Source of the DNA: Adineta vaga
Lineage: Eukaryota; Animalia; Rotifera
Assembly (NCBI GenBank): GCA_021613535.1
Contig: CP075496.1
Span: 8,990,001-9,054,000 of the forward strand
Direction of reading: 5' to 3'
DNA: 64,000 bases
Shown here: piece by piece, positions 48,000 to 59,371 of the stretch
How positions within the stretch are numbered: position 1 is the first letter of the stretch
Layout: each line of letters starts with the position of its first letter
The notes under the pieces: generated by a model
Databases searched by the model: none
What the model was told of the DNA's origin: nothing
The model's input: the letters and a program-made list of their open reading frames with translations, nothing else
Position numbers and translations under genes: made by a program

Positions 48000-50900
48000 A
48001 TGACTCATTTGTCAATAGAAGTTCGTAATTATTTTAAATTAGAACTATTACTAGAACGTTCGCATATTATTCTTCGTCAATTATTCAAAAACCGCTATTC
48101 TCTATTCAATAGTAGGAATCTATGGGATGATACAACAACATGTGGCATCAATTACTTGACGAATGTAATCACAAAAAATAAACAAATTAACTTGACACCT
48201 GTACAAAAAACATCCATTTCTAGTGGAAACTCAGATGAATGGGATTTATCAACATTAATTGTTCTTCTACTCTTTACTGATCGTCCAAATACCTTAAACA
48301 CCGCCGAAATACAAATACTTGATAATGAAGATACACTTTTGAAACTGTTACGAGATATTCGAAATAAAATAGCTCATCATGCATCTAAATCAATCGTTGA
48401 TGTGGAATTTAATCAACTGTGGAATGATTTATCATCGATACTCATTGTATTGGGTGAAGATAATAACGAATTAAAAAAATTAAAGGATGATACCTTGCTC
48501 GAGTTAGCTAATGAAACGGTGAATGAAGAAAATGTTGAGAAAGCTCGTCAATTGAACTCTCTCGGTACACAAGCTCATAAAGATGGAAAATTTGTCGATG
48601 CTATTGCATTCTTTACAAAAGCAACTGAATTATCAGATGTTTCACAGCACGATCGTGCTTTTTTCTATTCGAATATGTCTGCAAGTCATCTTGAATTATA
48701 TGAACAATCATTAAGTTCTTCAGGAAGGCTTGAAGTGCAAGATTCAACAGATCATCGATATCGTGCTCTACAGGATGCTAAACAAGCTCGAACTCTTTGG
48801 CCAACATGGTGGAGAGGACAATTTCGTGTTGGTAAAGCATATGCTGTGTTAAACGAACACGAAAAAGCTATTAATTCATACGAGCGAGCTATAGCACTTG
48901 ATCCAGTAAACGCTAACATTCAAAAAGCAATGGATGAGAGTCGACAAATCTATGGTCGACAATCAAGACAGGAACATCTTGATCCAAGACTCAAACCGAG
49001 AACCATGCCTGAACTGTATGATGACTTGCAAGACAACTTCGGTATTAATACTCAAAGTATAAGATCAGCCCATAATATAGTAGAGAAAATAGATCCTGCT
49101 ACAGCTGATGCTACGAAAGGACACAAATATGAACATGGAGATATTAATGTTAAACAAAACTATGAGCAAGCTGCCGCCTATTTCGCTAAAGCAGCAAATC
49201 AGAACAATGCTGAAGGATTGTATAATCTGGCTCGATTAACTGATCGTGGTCTAGGTGTAGAGAAGAATCCTAATCTAGCCCTGAAACTCTTTGAACAAGC
49301 AGCTGCACAACCACCAATGCATCCAAGAGTCAAGGGAGCTCGGAACATTGGAGTAGCTGAAGCTGAACATGCTCTAGGACTTAGATATTATCAAGGTATT
49401 ACTGTGCATAAACATTTGCCTACTGCTGCTTATTGGTATCAGCGTGCTACTGATCATGGTGGTGCCGAATCGGCTAATAATTTAGCAATCATGTACGAAG
49501 ATGGCATTGGTGTCGATAGAAATCTTGAAAAAGCCGAACAATTATTTGAATTATCGTCTAGAAGAGGTGACCCAAATGCCATGTTGAGCTTAGCTAACCT
49601 TCTATTAAATAAGAACGACTTTCAAATGGCAAAAGCTTGGCATGATAGAGCGTGTGAAGCTGGTAATATTCTTGCGCAAACGAAACGGCATGTATTTGAC
49701 AAAACTTTGCAAAATACACAAAAACTAATGGATCAATGTTCACCTGTAATGTTACAAAATATTAATGCAATTAAAAGTATTACTCAATCATTAAAGCAAG
49801 TAAAAAGCATATACAGACAATCTGATAAAACACGAATCTATGATTATGATGTTTTAAACGAACATGCTCTTCGTGGTTCAATAACGGCAAAGAAAATGTG
49901 TACAGCATTGGAACATTTTGGAAGAGCATTATATATTCTTATGCAAAATGAAGTATTGAATGAAAATGAAGAAAATATATTCGTCTATGAGCTAGCACAA
50001 TGCTATCGTATTGAACATATCGTTGCTCAAATACCAGGTATAGAGTTCCAACAAAGAATCGTTAATATCGTCGATCGCGTACTGGATCGTTGTGATAAAA
50101 CATCAAATGTTAACATTTCACAGGTTGATGAAGATGCTCGGTTATGTTATGCTATCTTACATATGGATTCACGTGAATTAGTACTACAATTTCTCAATGT
50201 ATGTAAACAGAAATATCCAAAGTCTGTATTGTTTTATGACTTAAGTGCTGCATTAAATGGCTGGTTAAGTCATTATGAAGCTTCTCTTTACGAAGCTAAT
50301 GCTGGGTTAGCGATAAGTTCGAACAACGAAGAATTATTATATAGTAAAGCTGTTGCATTGCGTTTGCTAGACTCTAGTGCTGACGAAGCAGTCGATGCCT
50401 ATCAAGTATTTCTTGAATATGCACCCAAAGATCATCGTAAAGTACCCGAATCATATTATGCAATGGCTAGCTGTCAGTTTGTACGTCGAAAACAACATCG
50501 TATGACGGATGTCATCAAAGAAATATATCAGAAAGGCGAGGAGGCAGAAAAATTACAATTACCATGTTTTCTACCGTATCAATCGAATTCTAAAATCCTT
50601 CTTAAGCCTTTATTTGATACCCGTCTCCTCATAAATGCACAATCTACGTCGCCTTCGAATCGTAAAGTACGTCTGACAAATCCACACAGAATTGAAGTTA
50701 TTACAGAACATCGTGAATGGGAGAGTAGAATGTCAAGGGAACTGAACAATCCTGCCTATAACCTATTATTCTTCAGTGATAAACCTCGAGTGACACAACA
50801 AACAGCTAAATCATTAATTGGTTTACAATCAATATCATTAAGACAATTAGATCCAAGAAAAGATCATGTGTATACTGGATACGTTCTGTCCATAACCATT

Positions 50901-51290
50901 ATTGATGAAGCTTACTCATGGATTCCATCAATTCATTTAGTGATCGAAGATGAACATTTAAGTTGTGAAAGGTTATTTATTTATGGTTTTTCTGAAGATC
51001 ACGGAGAATATTTAACTAAAGAACTATTCACTATTGGAAGTAAGATGCATATTATTAATCCATATTTACGCATTGGTGCAAACGATATGAAATCTTTGAT
51101 TCGTGTAGACGATTTTTCATCTATTATTATGCAAAATGAAAATGAACGAGTAATAAATATGTGTCGTTGTTGTGGAGAACCAAATGCATTAAATAGTTGT
51201 GGAAGATGTCTAAAAGCACGCTATTGTTCAAAAGACTGTCAAACTCTGGATTGGAAATCATATAAACATAAACTTATTTGTAAAAAATAA
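48000..51290 (+). CDS. DZIP3-like HEPN + TPR + Sel1 repeats + TPR + MYND zinc finger protein, intronless, 1096 aa
   Basis: WDLSTLIVLL...IRNKIAHH...EFNQLW (HEPN R-x4-H); TPRs; Sel1 repeats (GLYNLA..G.GVEKN, NNLAIMYEDGIGVDRN); C-terminal CRCC...CGRC....YCSKDCQ..DW...HKLIC. Confidence 0.88.
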   Translation: MTHLSIEVRNYFKLELLLERSHIILRQLFKNRYSLFNSRNLWDDTTTCGINYLTNVITKNKQINLTPVQKTSISSGNSDEWDLSTLIVLLLFTDRPNTLNTAEIQILDNEDTLLKLLRDIRNKIAHHASKSIVDVEFNQLWNDLSSILIVLGEDNNELKKLKDDTLLELANETVNEENVEKARQLNSLGTQAHKDGKFVDAIAFFTKATELSDVSQHDRAFFYSNMSASHLELYEQSLSSSGRLEVQDSTDHRYRALQDAKQARTLWPTWWRGQFRVGKAYAVLNEHEKAINSYERAIALDPVNANIQKAMDESRQIYGRQSRQEHLDPRLKPRTMPELYDDLQDNFGINTQSIRSAHNIVEKIDPATADATKGHKYEHGDINVKQNYEQAAAYFAKAANQNNAEGLYNLARLTDRGLGVEKNPNLALKLFEQAAAQPPMHPRVKGARNIGVAEAEHALGLRYYQGITVHKHLPTAAYWYQRATDHGGAESANNLAIMYEDGIGVDRNLEKAEQLFELSSRRGDPNAMLSLANLLLNKNDFQMAKAWHDRACEAGNILAQTKRHVFDKTLQNTQKLMDQCSPVMLQNINAIKSITQSLKQVKSIYRQSDKTRIYDYDVLNEHALRGSITAKKMCTALEHFGRALYILMQNEVLNENEENIFVYELAQCYRIEHIVAQIPGIEFQQRIVNIVDRVLDRCDKTSNVNISQVDEDARLCYAILHMDSRELVLQFLNVCKQKYPKSVLFYDLSAALNGWLSHYEASLYEANAGLAISSNNEELLYSKAVALRLLDSSADEAVDAYQVFLEYAPKDHRKVPESYYAMASCQFVRRKQHRMTDVIKEIYQKGEEAEKLQLPCFLPYQSNSKILLKPLFDTRLLINAQSTSPSNRKVRLTNPHRIEVITEHREWESRMSRELNNPAYNLLFFSDKPRVTQQTAKSLIGLQSISLRQLDPRKDHVYTGYVLSITIIDEAYSWIPSIHLVIEDEHLSCERLFIYGFSEDHGEYLTKELFTIGSKMHIINPYLRIGANDMKSLIRVDDFSSIIMQNENERVINMCRCCGEPNALNSCGRCLKARYCSKDCQTLDWKSYKHKLICKK

Positions 51291-52023
51291 GAAAAATACA
51301 AACTTTAACTATAACCATATCATTAATTATTGGAGAGATTTTTTTTAATGAAATATTCTTAAATATACTTTGGTATTCAACAATCCTCTATTTATTTTTA
51401 TGATGAATCTTATAATCATTTTTTTGCAGAATTTGTAAATTAAATGAACGTTTCTTTTATGATTGAACATATTGTGATTTCATAGAATTTATTTTGTACA
51501 TTATCACTGAGAGCATCTTAATAGAAGAATAGTTTATTCCCAAGTACATTAGAACTGAATGTAAGACAAAGAACGACCAAAACACGATTTTCTTTCAAAA
51601 ACAGTGAAGATCGATTGCTAAAATCGCAATAACGACGAATATCGTTATCGCTATATAGAACAGAATTACAGATCTAACGAAAATAAAACAATAAACGAAC
51701 AATATCGCTGTCAGGAAAAATTACTTCCTAAAAATCGTCGAAGTGAATACCGATTATAAGTAAAAGAAAAAAAATATACATATATATTTCTGTAATTCGG
51801 AAATTTACAAAAAATATAACGAATGTTTTTTTCTAAACGATTATTTTATTAAAAAAATACAGATAAAAAACAATCACTGGGTTTATTTAGCTAGATTAAA
51901 AATGAGAATGTTGTTTCAATTGATATTCTTGAATAAATGATTTTAATGTCACATATCTGTATATTATTTTCATCAGAGAAAAGTAAATGAAAATTTTATT
52001 CGTATATAAAATGTTGCATTCAT

Positions 52024-55000
52024 TTACGTCCATAAAGACATCGGTGCAATACCTATGTGAAGACAATAGAATTGTAAAACATTTGAATATATAAGAAACG
52101 AACCTTCTGATGTATTCCATTTCGGTTTAATTACATCATCAGCGAGAAAATCAATTGGAAATTCCACAATGAAACCTTGAATTTGTTTGCATTTATCATG
52201 TGCCTATAAAAAAAGAACTTTTGATATGAGAAAATTAATGCAATATAATTACTGTATATGGATCTGTTTCTTTTAATTTTGAACGCTTATTGTACGCTTC
52301 AATATCAGCAAAACGTCGTATTTGATTCGTAGGTACTGCATTGAAAACTTCTTCATAGACTTCTGTATTATGTTTTGCTATCCGACGAAAATATTCGTAT
52401 AATTCATCTGAACATGGATCATCGATGTTGATCTTATCTTCATCTTGAATACCCAAAATTTGTCTTAAAAAAGCAAAAACTCAAATGATGATACGAAAAC
52501 AAAAGTTGAATACCTGAATAGTTTCTTTCGCCAAGTTGAACAAAACACTCCGACTTGTTCCAATTGTCCATTTAAATGTGAATCAATCATTTCGATATCA
52601 TTCACGACTAAACAAATTTCTGAGTCTCGAGTTCCTTGAAAAGAACGGTCATTAATATTTGCCGATCCACAAATACACATTCTATCATCAGCAATCAACA
52701 ATTTCGAATGTACATAGATAATCTCGGTAATCTACAATCAAAACATTATTCAATCAAATTTCAAAACTTTACAACACTTACTAAACTACCCATTAATATA
52801 TCCCAATTTCTCATACCATAAAATGTCACATATTCTTCTGGATTAGTGATACCTATAATTATATTCAGATAAATGAGTATATTATTGCGTCGCCAACTTA
52901 CCATATTGTTTTAATCGTTGATAGAGTGATTGTTCACCTTTATTAATCGATCTCATGATATAATAAAGTTCTGCTTGAACAGCATTACTATTAGCAAAAC
53001 CAGGTAATAAGGGTAAAACAATAAATATTCGAAATTTTTCTCTATTTGTATGTGCACGAACGATACGTTGATAGAGTGCATCACCGATGTCGTTTTTAAT
53101 TGTATCCTCTTCAGCAATAGTAACAAAAAATTGATTCTATATAATTGTTGTTTTACAAATAAATCAAGATGAAAATGATCTTTAAGAAAGAAAAACATAC
53201 TTCAATATAAATATAATGTTGAGCATTCTCAATCATATGAATATAAGCATCATGAATTGAGCGTTCGACTGATTCTATTCCACATGACCAATATGAAGCT
53301 GAACGAACACATTGTGCATCGATACGAATTGGAGAACGATCATTCGGAAGAATATCGTGGAAAATAGATGGATCGGATAATTCTGGATCGTTGTATGTTT
53401 TTGGAAGAAGATAAGGATATGAATCATTAAAACGAAATTTATCTGCCTAGAAATATTTCTAAACAACCATTTCAATTTAATAATCAAACAAAACTACTTT
53501 ATGGATATTCCATCGTTGAATAAAATGTCTTGCACAATCTCTTGCTGCTTCGCCTAAAACAACCAATGCTTCATCATGCCATGGCATTCGTGGTGAAAGT
53601 TTTCGATCGATATAATCTATCAATATTAATCAGATGTAAACATTGATTCAAAAGAAAACTATAAAGAAAACCTTCATCGTATTTCTCGACAAATTCAAAG
53701 TCTTTCTGATAATAATTTGAATAATCTTTGCCGATAAAGAAACGACAGTCACTATCTGCAACAGGTGTAATACCAACAATTGCTTGTGGTTGGTCGTCGG
53801 ATACTTCGTCATTTGGTTCTTCATCTGATGAATTCTCGTCATCATCAGTATCATTCATTTGCTTTCTCTATCAAAACGAATCGACATACCAATTCAAAGA
53901 ACATTCAATAGGAAATACTTTGAAAAAATCTTGCCATATACTTTTACGTCGATGTTTTCGTTCATGTTCAGAATTTGTAGGATCACTTAATAATTCAGAT
54001 ATCTATGAAAAAATGTATTTTTAGTCTATTGTTTGTTTTCATATTCTTACTAGATTATTATCTGATGAATTTTCTGCCATTTCTCCAGTGGTATCAACAG
54101 CAGCTTCATCTTTTTGTGATTCTTCTTCAGGTTGTTCAGCTAATTGTTCTGGAGGTTTCAATTCTGTTATATTTTCACCACTCAAATCCACCAATCTATC
54201 CTCAAATAAAAAGAAAAATTTGATTTTCATCTAAACATTAAGAAAAAACTGAATAGCTATTTGTATGACTAACCGATAATCATCCGTATCCCATCGTCCC
54301 CAACAAAGATCAATACCTCCAATAAAAGCTAATCGTTGATCAATCACTACTGTTTTTTCATGATGTGAAAAGAGAAATGACGATTCTGTTCCAGGTAATA
54401 TTCGATGATCAGGATGTCGAATAACCTTCAATCTATAGAATTAGATTAATCAAGACATTTATTCATATGAACTACTTTGATATTTTTCTTCGTTGGACTT
54501 TTTGATATGAGTTTTCTTTTCGTATGTAAACTATTAAGACCAACAACTTTTACTATGTCTTTGAAGATTAATACATAAACACGAATGCCTTCTTCCTAAG
54601 TTTTCTTTTTTCGTATATTAAAAGAAGAAAAAATGCTTGAATAAAAACTTACCGCTCGCTTTCCAAGAAGATTATCCAAACGCATTGATTTATCTTGAAA
54701 TGGACGAATTAACATTATTTCAGGTGAAAGCCACCAATCACTAATAAAGATTTCTTCACGTGCTGATAATATTGCTTTAGCTAATGCTTCCATATATGAC
54801 TGGCCATTGATAAACCATTGTGCATATTGTTGTTGTCTTTTCGGTGCAAATGAATCGAACCGATGTTTTTGTGTAAACATAGATTTATTCTTTAATTCGA
54901 GTAAACAATCAAACCAACGATTTCGTTCATCCTCTCGTTGACATTTGAGAATCATTTGACGTTGTGAATTTTTTATTCGAATGCCTTTATTTGTTCGTGT

Positions 55001-56134
55001 TTTACGAAAAGTTCGATCAAGAGAAAAACTTTGATCAACAAGCATTGGAAAGCCAATTAGAGCAGAATCCAATGTCATATATACAACATATGAATCTTTA
55101 ATAACAAACCATTTATCTTCATGAAAAACTTTACATGGATCACATAGAAATGGAATACGAATTAGAATTGATCGACCACGATGATCATCATTTGATCGTT
55201 TCGATAGTTTACCTTCTCGAAGACTTTTTCCCAGACTTGGTACAAATGAAAGTGGACTAACTTGAAGAAACATTCTCTAGATTTAGATGATACAAAGTTG
55301 TAAAGACAATATTCGATACGTAATCAAATATTACCATAACAATATGTTCACGAAATCGTGGATGTTGAAGGACTTTATTCAGATAATCTTGTAACATTTT
55401 CTAGAATGATGAAATATAGAAAATCTTATGAGAATAAGACAAAAATTCATACACATCGTTCTTTCAAATTAGATTCATTGATAAATGCGATACGATCATT
55501 TTGAGTGGGAAAACAAGGTTGTTCTTTTTGATGAACAGATGTTCTTGAACTAAAATTTACCTTATGAACCATATTATATATGCAAATTCGCAATTTTACC
55601 TGCGTAGATCACTTCGAGATTTTCTAAATTCTAATTTAACGGAATTTCGAAGAGCATAATGAAGTTCAGCGAATTGTTTATAACGTCTCTGAATTGTCCA
55701 TTCGAATGTAGAACCATAACGAATTGTTATAGTATATCTATGAACAGAAAAGAGAGATTATTTGATGTATTATTTGTGTAAAATAAACTTACAAATAAGG
55801 ATAGAGAAATTCAGTGACAGGACTATATATCCGTTCTGCTTCTAATTTAATAACTTGCACTGTTTCATCACAAGTAAATACTCTATTACATCGTAAATAG
55901 ATTTGTTTTAATGAACATATGTCATCTGAAGTTTCATGAGTATTTTCATCAGGATATGGTAAATATTCAACATGTCTTTCATTGATATTACCTAAAAATA
56001 AAATTCAATCATCGAAATGTTCGATCATAAACTCAATGACACCATTTACTCGCAGTTAATGTCACATCGACTACATCTTCCATAGATCGAACAATACCAT
56101 GAATGCCTTCAGAGGCATGATCTGTTGTATGCAT
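52024..56134 (-). CDS. PLD1: Phospholipase D1/2 (PX-PH-HKD-HKD), multi-exon
   Basis: PX ([10 protein letters not shown]); PH; HRFDSFAP; WFING..Y; DWWLSPE; [24 protein letters not shown]; PRMPWHD; YIENQFF; [20 protein letters not shown]; C-terminal GIAPMSLWT*. Confidence 0.93.
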
Positions 56135-57153
56135 TGATTGAGTTGTTAATTATCTAACATTGATATTTAGAAACAAATACACTTGAAAATGACAAAGAAT
56201 TAATACTCACAGCAAAACGTAAATGCCGTTCGTTTTTCTTCGTCTTCTTCTTGTTTCTCTATCGTATTTCAGTTAACTACAGTCGTTGTAACCACTCCTT
56301 TTATCATTTATCATCGTTCGGTGTAAGAGAGTAGAAGAAAGAAAGAAAGAAAGAACGAAAAGATTTTTTTCATTCTCTCTCGTAGAGGAAAGATAAAAAC
56401 GTGGGGTAATTCTTTGCTTTTTTTCAACACGTAAAGAAACATAAAAATAGAAATTCATTGACATTTCTTTCATTCATTTGTTGGTTATGTGAAAAAGATG
56501 CATCACAAAAATTTTAATCAAGTCAAACCAATTGTTTTGCAAAAGAATTTTGAAATTTTAATTATATAAAATGTACTATCCATCTTGGTTATGTAACTTT
56601 GTCCTTATTAACCCCGCTGTGTTTGTTATTCATGGATATTTTTATCCTTTTGTTCTTTTCTAAAATCAATTATGTAAATCATTCAACCGATCTATTGTAT
56701 TCGAAGAATATTCAAAAGATTACTCAAAACCGATCAGTTTATATCATTTGCTAGGTGAATATCTTGTTGAGAATGTATAGATTGAGAGAAACATGACGTT
56801 ATATGAGCAGAAGGAGAGTATAATATTTAGTTAATAATACCGAAGAAATCATGACTACTGAAGTATTAATTGACATCTACTAACCAATTACATTTCTCGA
56901 GAGTATTTATTCTATAAAAGGACAAGGATCTTGCATGTGAAACTCGAGTAGTTATAAAATGAGTTAGTCTTAAAGGTATTGAATCTTCTTAATATCGTTT
57001 TTTGCTCTGCGTACTAATTCAGAAATGAGTTTTTTTTAAATCAGGAAGAAAACAGAATATATACTTTTTTCTATGGATTCATTCTATAGTGCTTAATTTT
57101 TCAATAAGAATACTAAGAAGTACAATGGCTCTCTAAATATGATCATTGAATAG

Positions 57154-57984
57154 TTATGCAAAATGTTCATTCCTATTCATTGCAAATGACATATCAGCAC
57201 GAAAATATTCGTAGATAGCAAGAACTGAACAGGCGGCACTTGTATGCCATAGAGCATGTAATTGAAACCAAGAATGTGGCCAACAAACAATCTTTGATGC
57301 ATCTAAGTGACCTGAAATCACACCCACAACAAGTGATATAGCACCAAGACAAAGCCATTTAATTTGACTTTTCGTTATTGATTTTGATTTCAGATGAAAA
57401 CACTCTGAGATGATAAAGATAATAACTAGTATAGTAGTTAAAATTTTCTCTTCATTGTCATACGATTGTGGATAATAGATATCACTAATAATCCATAACA
57501 GGAAACCAATGATCATAAAGATCATTATAAAGAGATATGTTCTGATGTGACAATGCCGAATCAAACTATAAAAACTAATAAAAGCAATAATAAGCCACAT
57601 TCCAGTAAGATCAAAACGATGTCCAAGTTGACATCGACATGCATGATTCAGCCATGATCCCATAGCATGTGCACAGTTTGCAAATCCATTAATCATCGAT
57701 AGAATAGTATGTTTTGCACGATTTTTTTCCTGACATTCGATAGCTTGTACTAACATGTAGAAACCAACTGCTAGAAAACTGAAGTCAGACAATGAATTAC
57801 TTCGTTCTCTTAATAAACTAGTCGATCTATCAAATTCACAGAATGGTATACCATCTATCCGTTGTTTTGTACTCGATTCGAAATGACGCCATGGTGATTT
57901 ACCAGCTAAATAATAATCAAGTACAATAACGATAACTAGTAAAGTAATAAATAGACACACAAAGCAAGTGCGTACGACGGTCAT
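57154..57984 (-). CDS. CREST-superfamily 7TM hydrolase (alkaline ceramidase-like), intronless
   Basis: FCE...SNSLS, SWLNH (SxxxH), conserved D (RFDL), QLHALWH (HxxxH) zinc-ligand pattern; 7-8 hydrophobic segments. Confidence 0.8.
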   Translation of the reverse strand: MTVVRTCFVCLFITLLVIVIVLDYYLAGKSPWRHFESSTKQRIDGIPFCEFDRSTSLLRERSNSLSDFSFLAVGFYMLVQAIECQEKNRAKHTILSMINGFANCAHAMGSWLNHACRCQLGHRFDLTGMWLIIAFISFYSLIRHCHIRTYLFIMIFMIIGFLLWIISDIYYPQSYDNEEKILTTILVIIFIISECFHLKSKSITKSQIKWLCLGAISLVVGVISGHLDASKIVCWPHSWFQLHALWHTSAACSVLAIYEYFRADMSFAMNRNEHFA

Positions 57985-58399
57985 TACAAAACAACGTATG
58001 AAATAAGAATTTCTCTTAAACGAACAAAGATAGATAAGATAACATGCAGTATTCTGTTTAAATATTAGATACCACCGTAGTTATTTGTGATGTATGCATT
58101 GTGATCGGAAGAGACAAAAAGACGAAAAACACACTCCAAAGCACAACAAAGCGCATATATATATATTCTTGATTATGTATACACGACTCAAGAATTATAT
58201 ACAAATAAGTCAGGAATGCCAAGACATTATTTTATCGAGAAAACTTGTCAATAGGAACTTAAAGTTGATTTTATTTTATGCAAATAAAATAAGACGAAGA
58301 AAGCATTTTTATTTTCAAGACAACATTAAAATTGACAACAACAATAATTAAAGAGAAAGATGATGTGTTCCGCTAGTTCACATAATTTTTGTCACTCAG

Positions 58400-59371
58400 T
58401 TATGCTGCAGTGCGAACTGTAGCAACAGTGATGGTTGTTTTTTTAGTAATAGGTCCAATACGGTTCGCTTTACGAATTGGTAAAATTTTAGCTAAAAGAC
58501 GAATTAGTTCTTTTCTATATATTTTTGCCGAAAAGATATATAAGAAGAAAGTGATAGCATAAGATGAATGAAACAGGAATGGAGCAATCATAAAAGCATA
58601 TGAGAAGATCATTTTAGTCGGAATTCCAGGTCCTAAGACTAAGATTAAATATAGTATGTATAAAGGCATATTTAATATTAAATAGGTAACGACTTGAACG
58701 AGAAGCATGCCTATCTATTGACCTTCCGTACGACGGTGAGATGTATTCGCCACCGGAGCAATAGTTGTTCGACTTATATTGTAAATAGTCAATAGACCAA
58801 ACAATGCCATCAAACATGGTGGAATAGCAGCATAAAGAATGATTTGTGTAAACACATAGGCAGCATTACAAACAATATCTGGTCGAATAATGCAGAAAGC
58901 TTTACCATAATTCCTTAAATCATTTAGTACTAATGTATTAATAAAGAAGAGTACTGTAAAAAGAATCTTACTGAAAAGTGACCATCGAGCAACAGTAATA
59001 TTACTAAAACTTCGTAATTTAACACTTCTTGAACTTGCACAAAATCGATCAATAGATGCTAGAACAATGAAATAAGGAGATGCAAATGGACATCCAGTTG
59101 CAATGTATTGAGTTATTTTACACCACCAACTTGACGTGAGTTTTATATCCAATTGATAGCCATTAACGAGTAAATAATAGATAAGAACAACTGAATAAAT
59201 CAGATTATTGACGGACAGAGCGAGAAAATAGTAAGAGCATGCATTATTTCGTAGAATGGGTCGAGTAAGAACAAGAGCATTGAGTATATTGCCCACTATA
59301 CAAACAACAATGATTATGGGCAAGATTACTTGAGCTAATGTAATAGAGAGTTGCGTAAATGAATCAGACAT
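58400..59371 (-). pseudogene. Rhodopsin-like 7TM GPCR with one in-frame TAG before TM6
   Basis: GNILN, WCKI, IDRF, RRTEGQ*IGMLLVQV (TAG at 58717-58715; both track ORFs in the same frame), TFFLYIFSAKIYRKEL. Confidence 0.8.

Noticed and set aside
17053-58717. TAG reassigned to Leu (two in-frame TAGs at Leu positions, in IPMK and a GPCR)
   Set aside because: TAG ends the ChaC and DEG/ENaC genes at plausible C-termini and never occurs inside the long intact ORFs; TTG>TAG point changes suffice.
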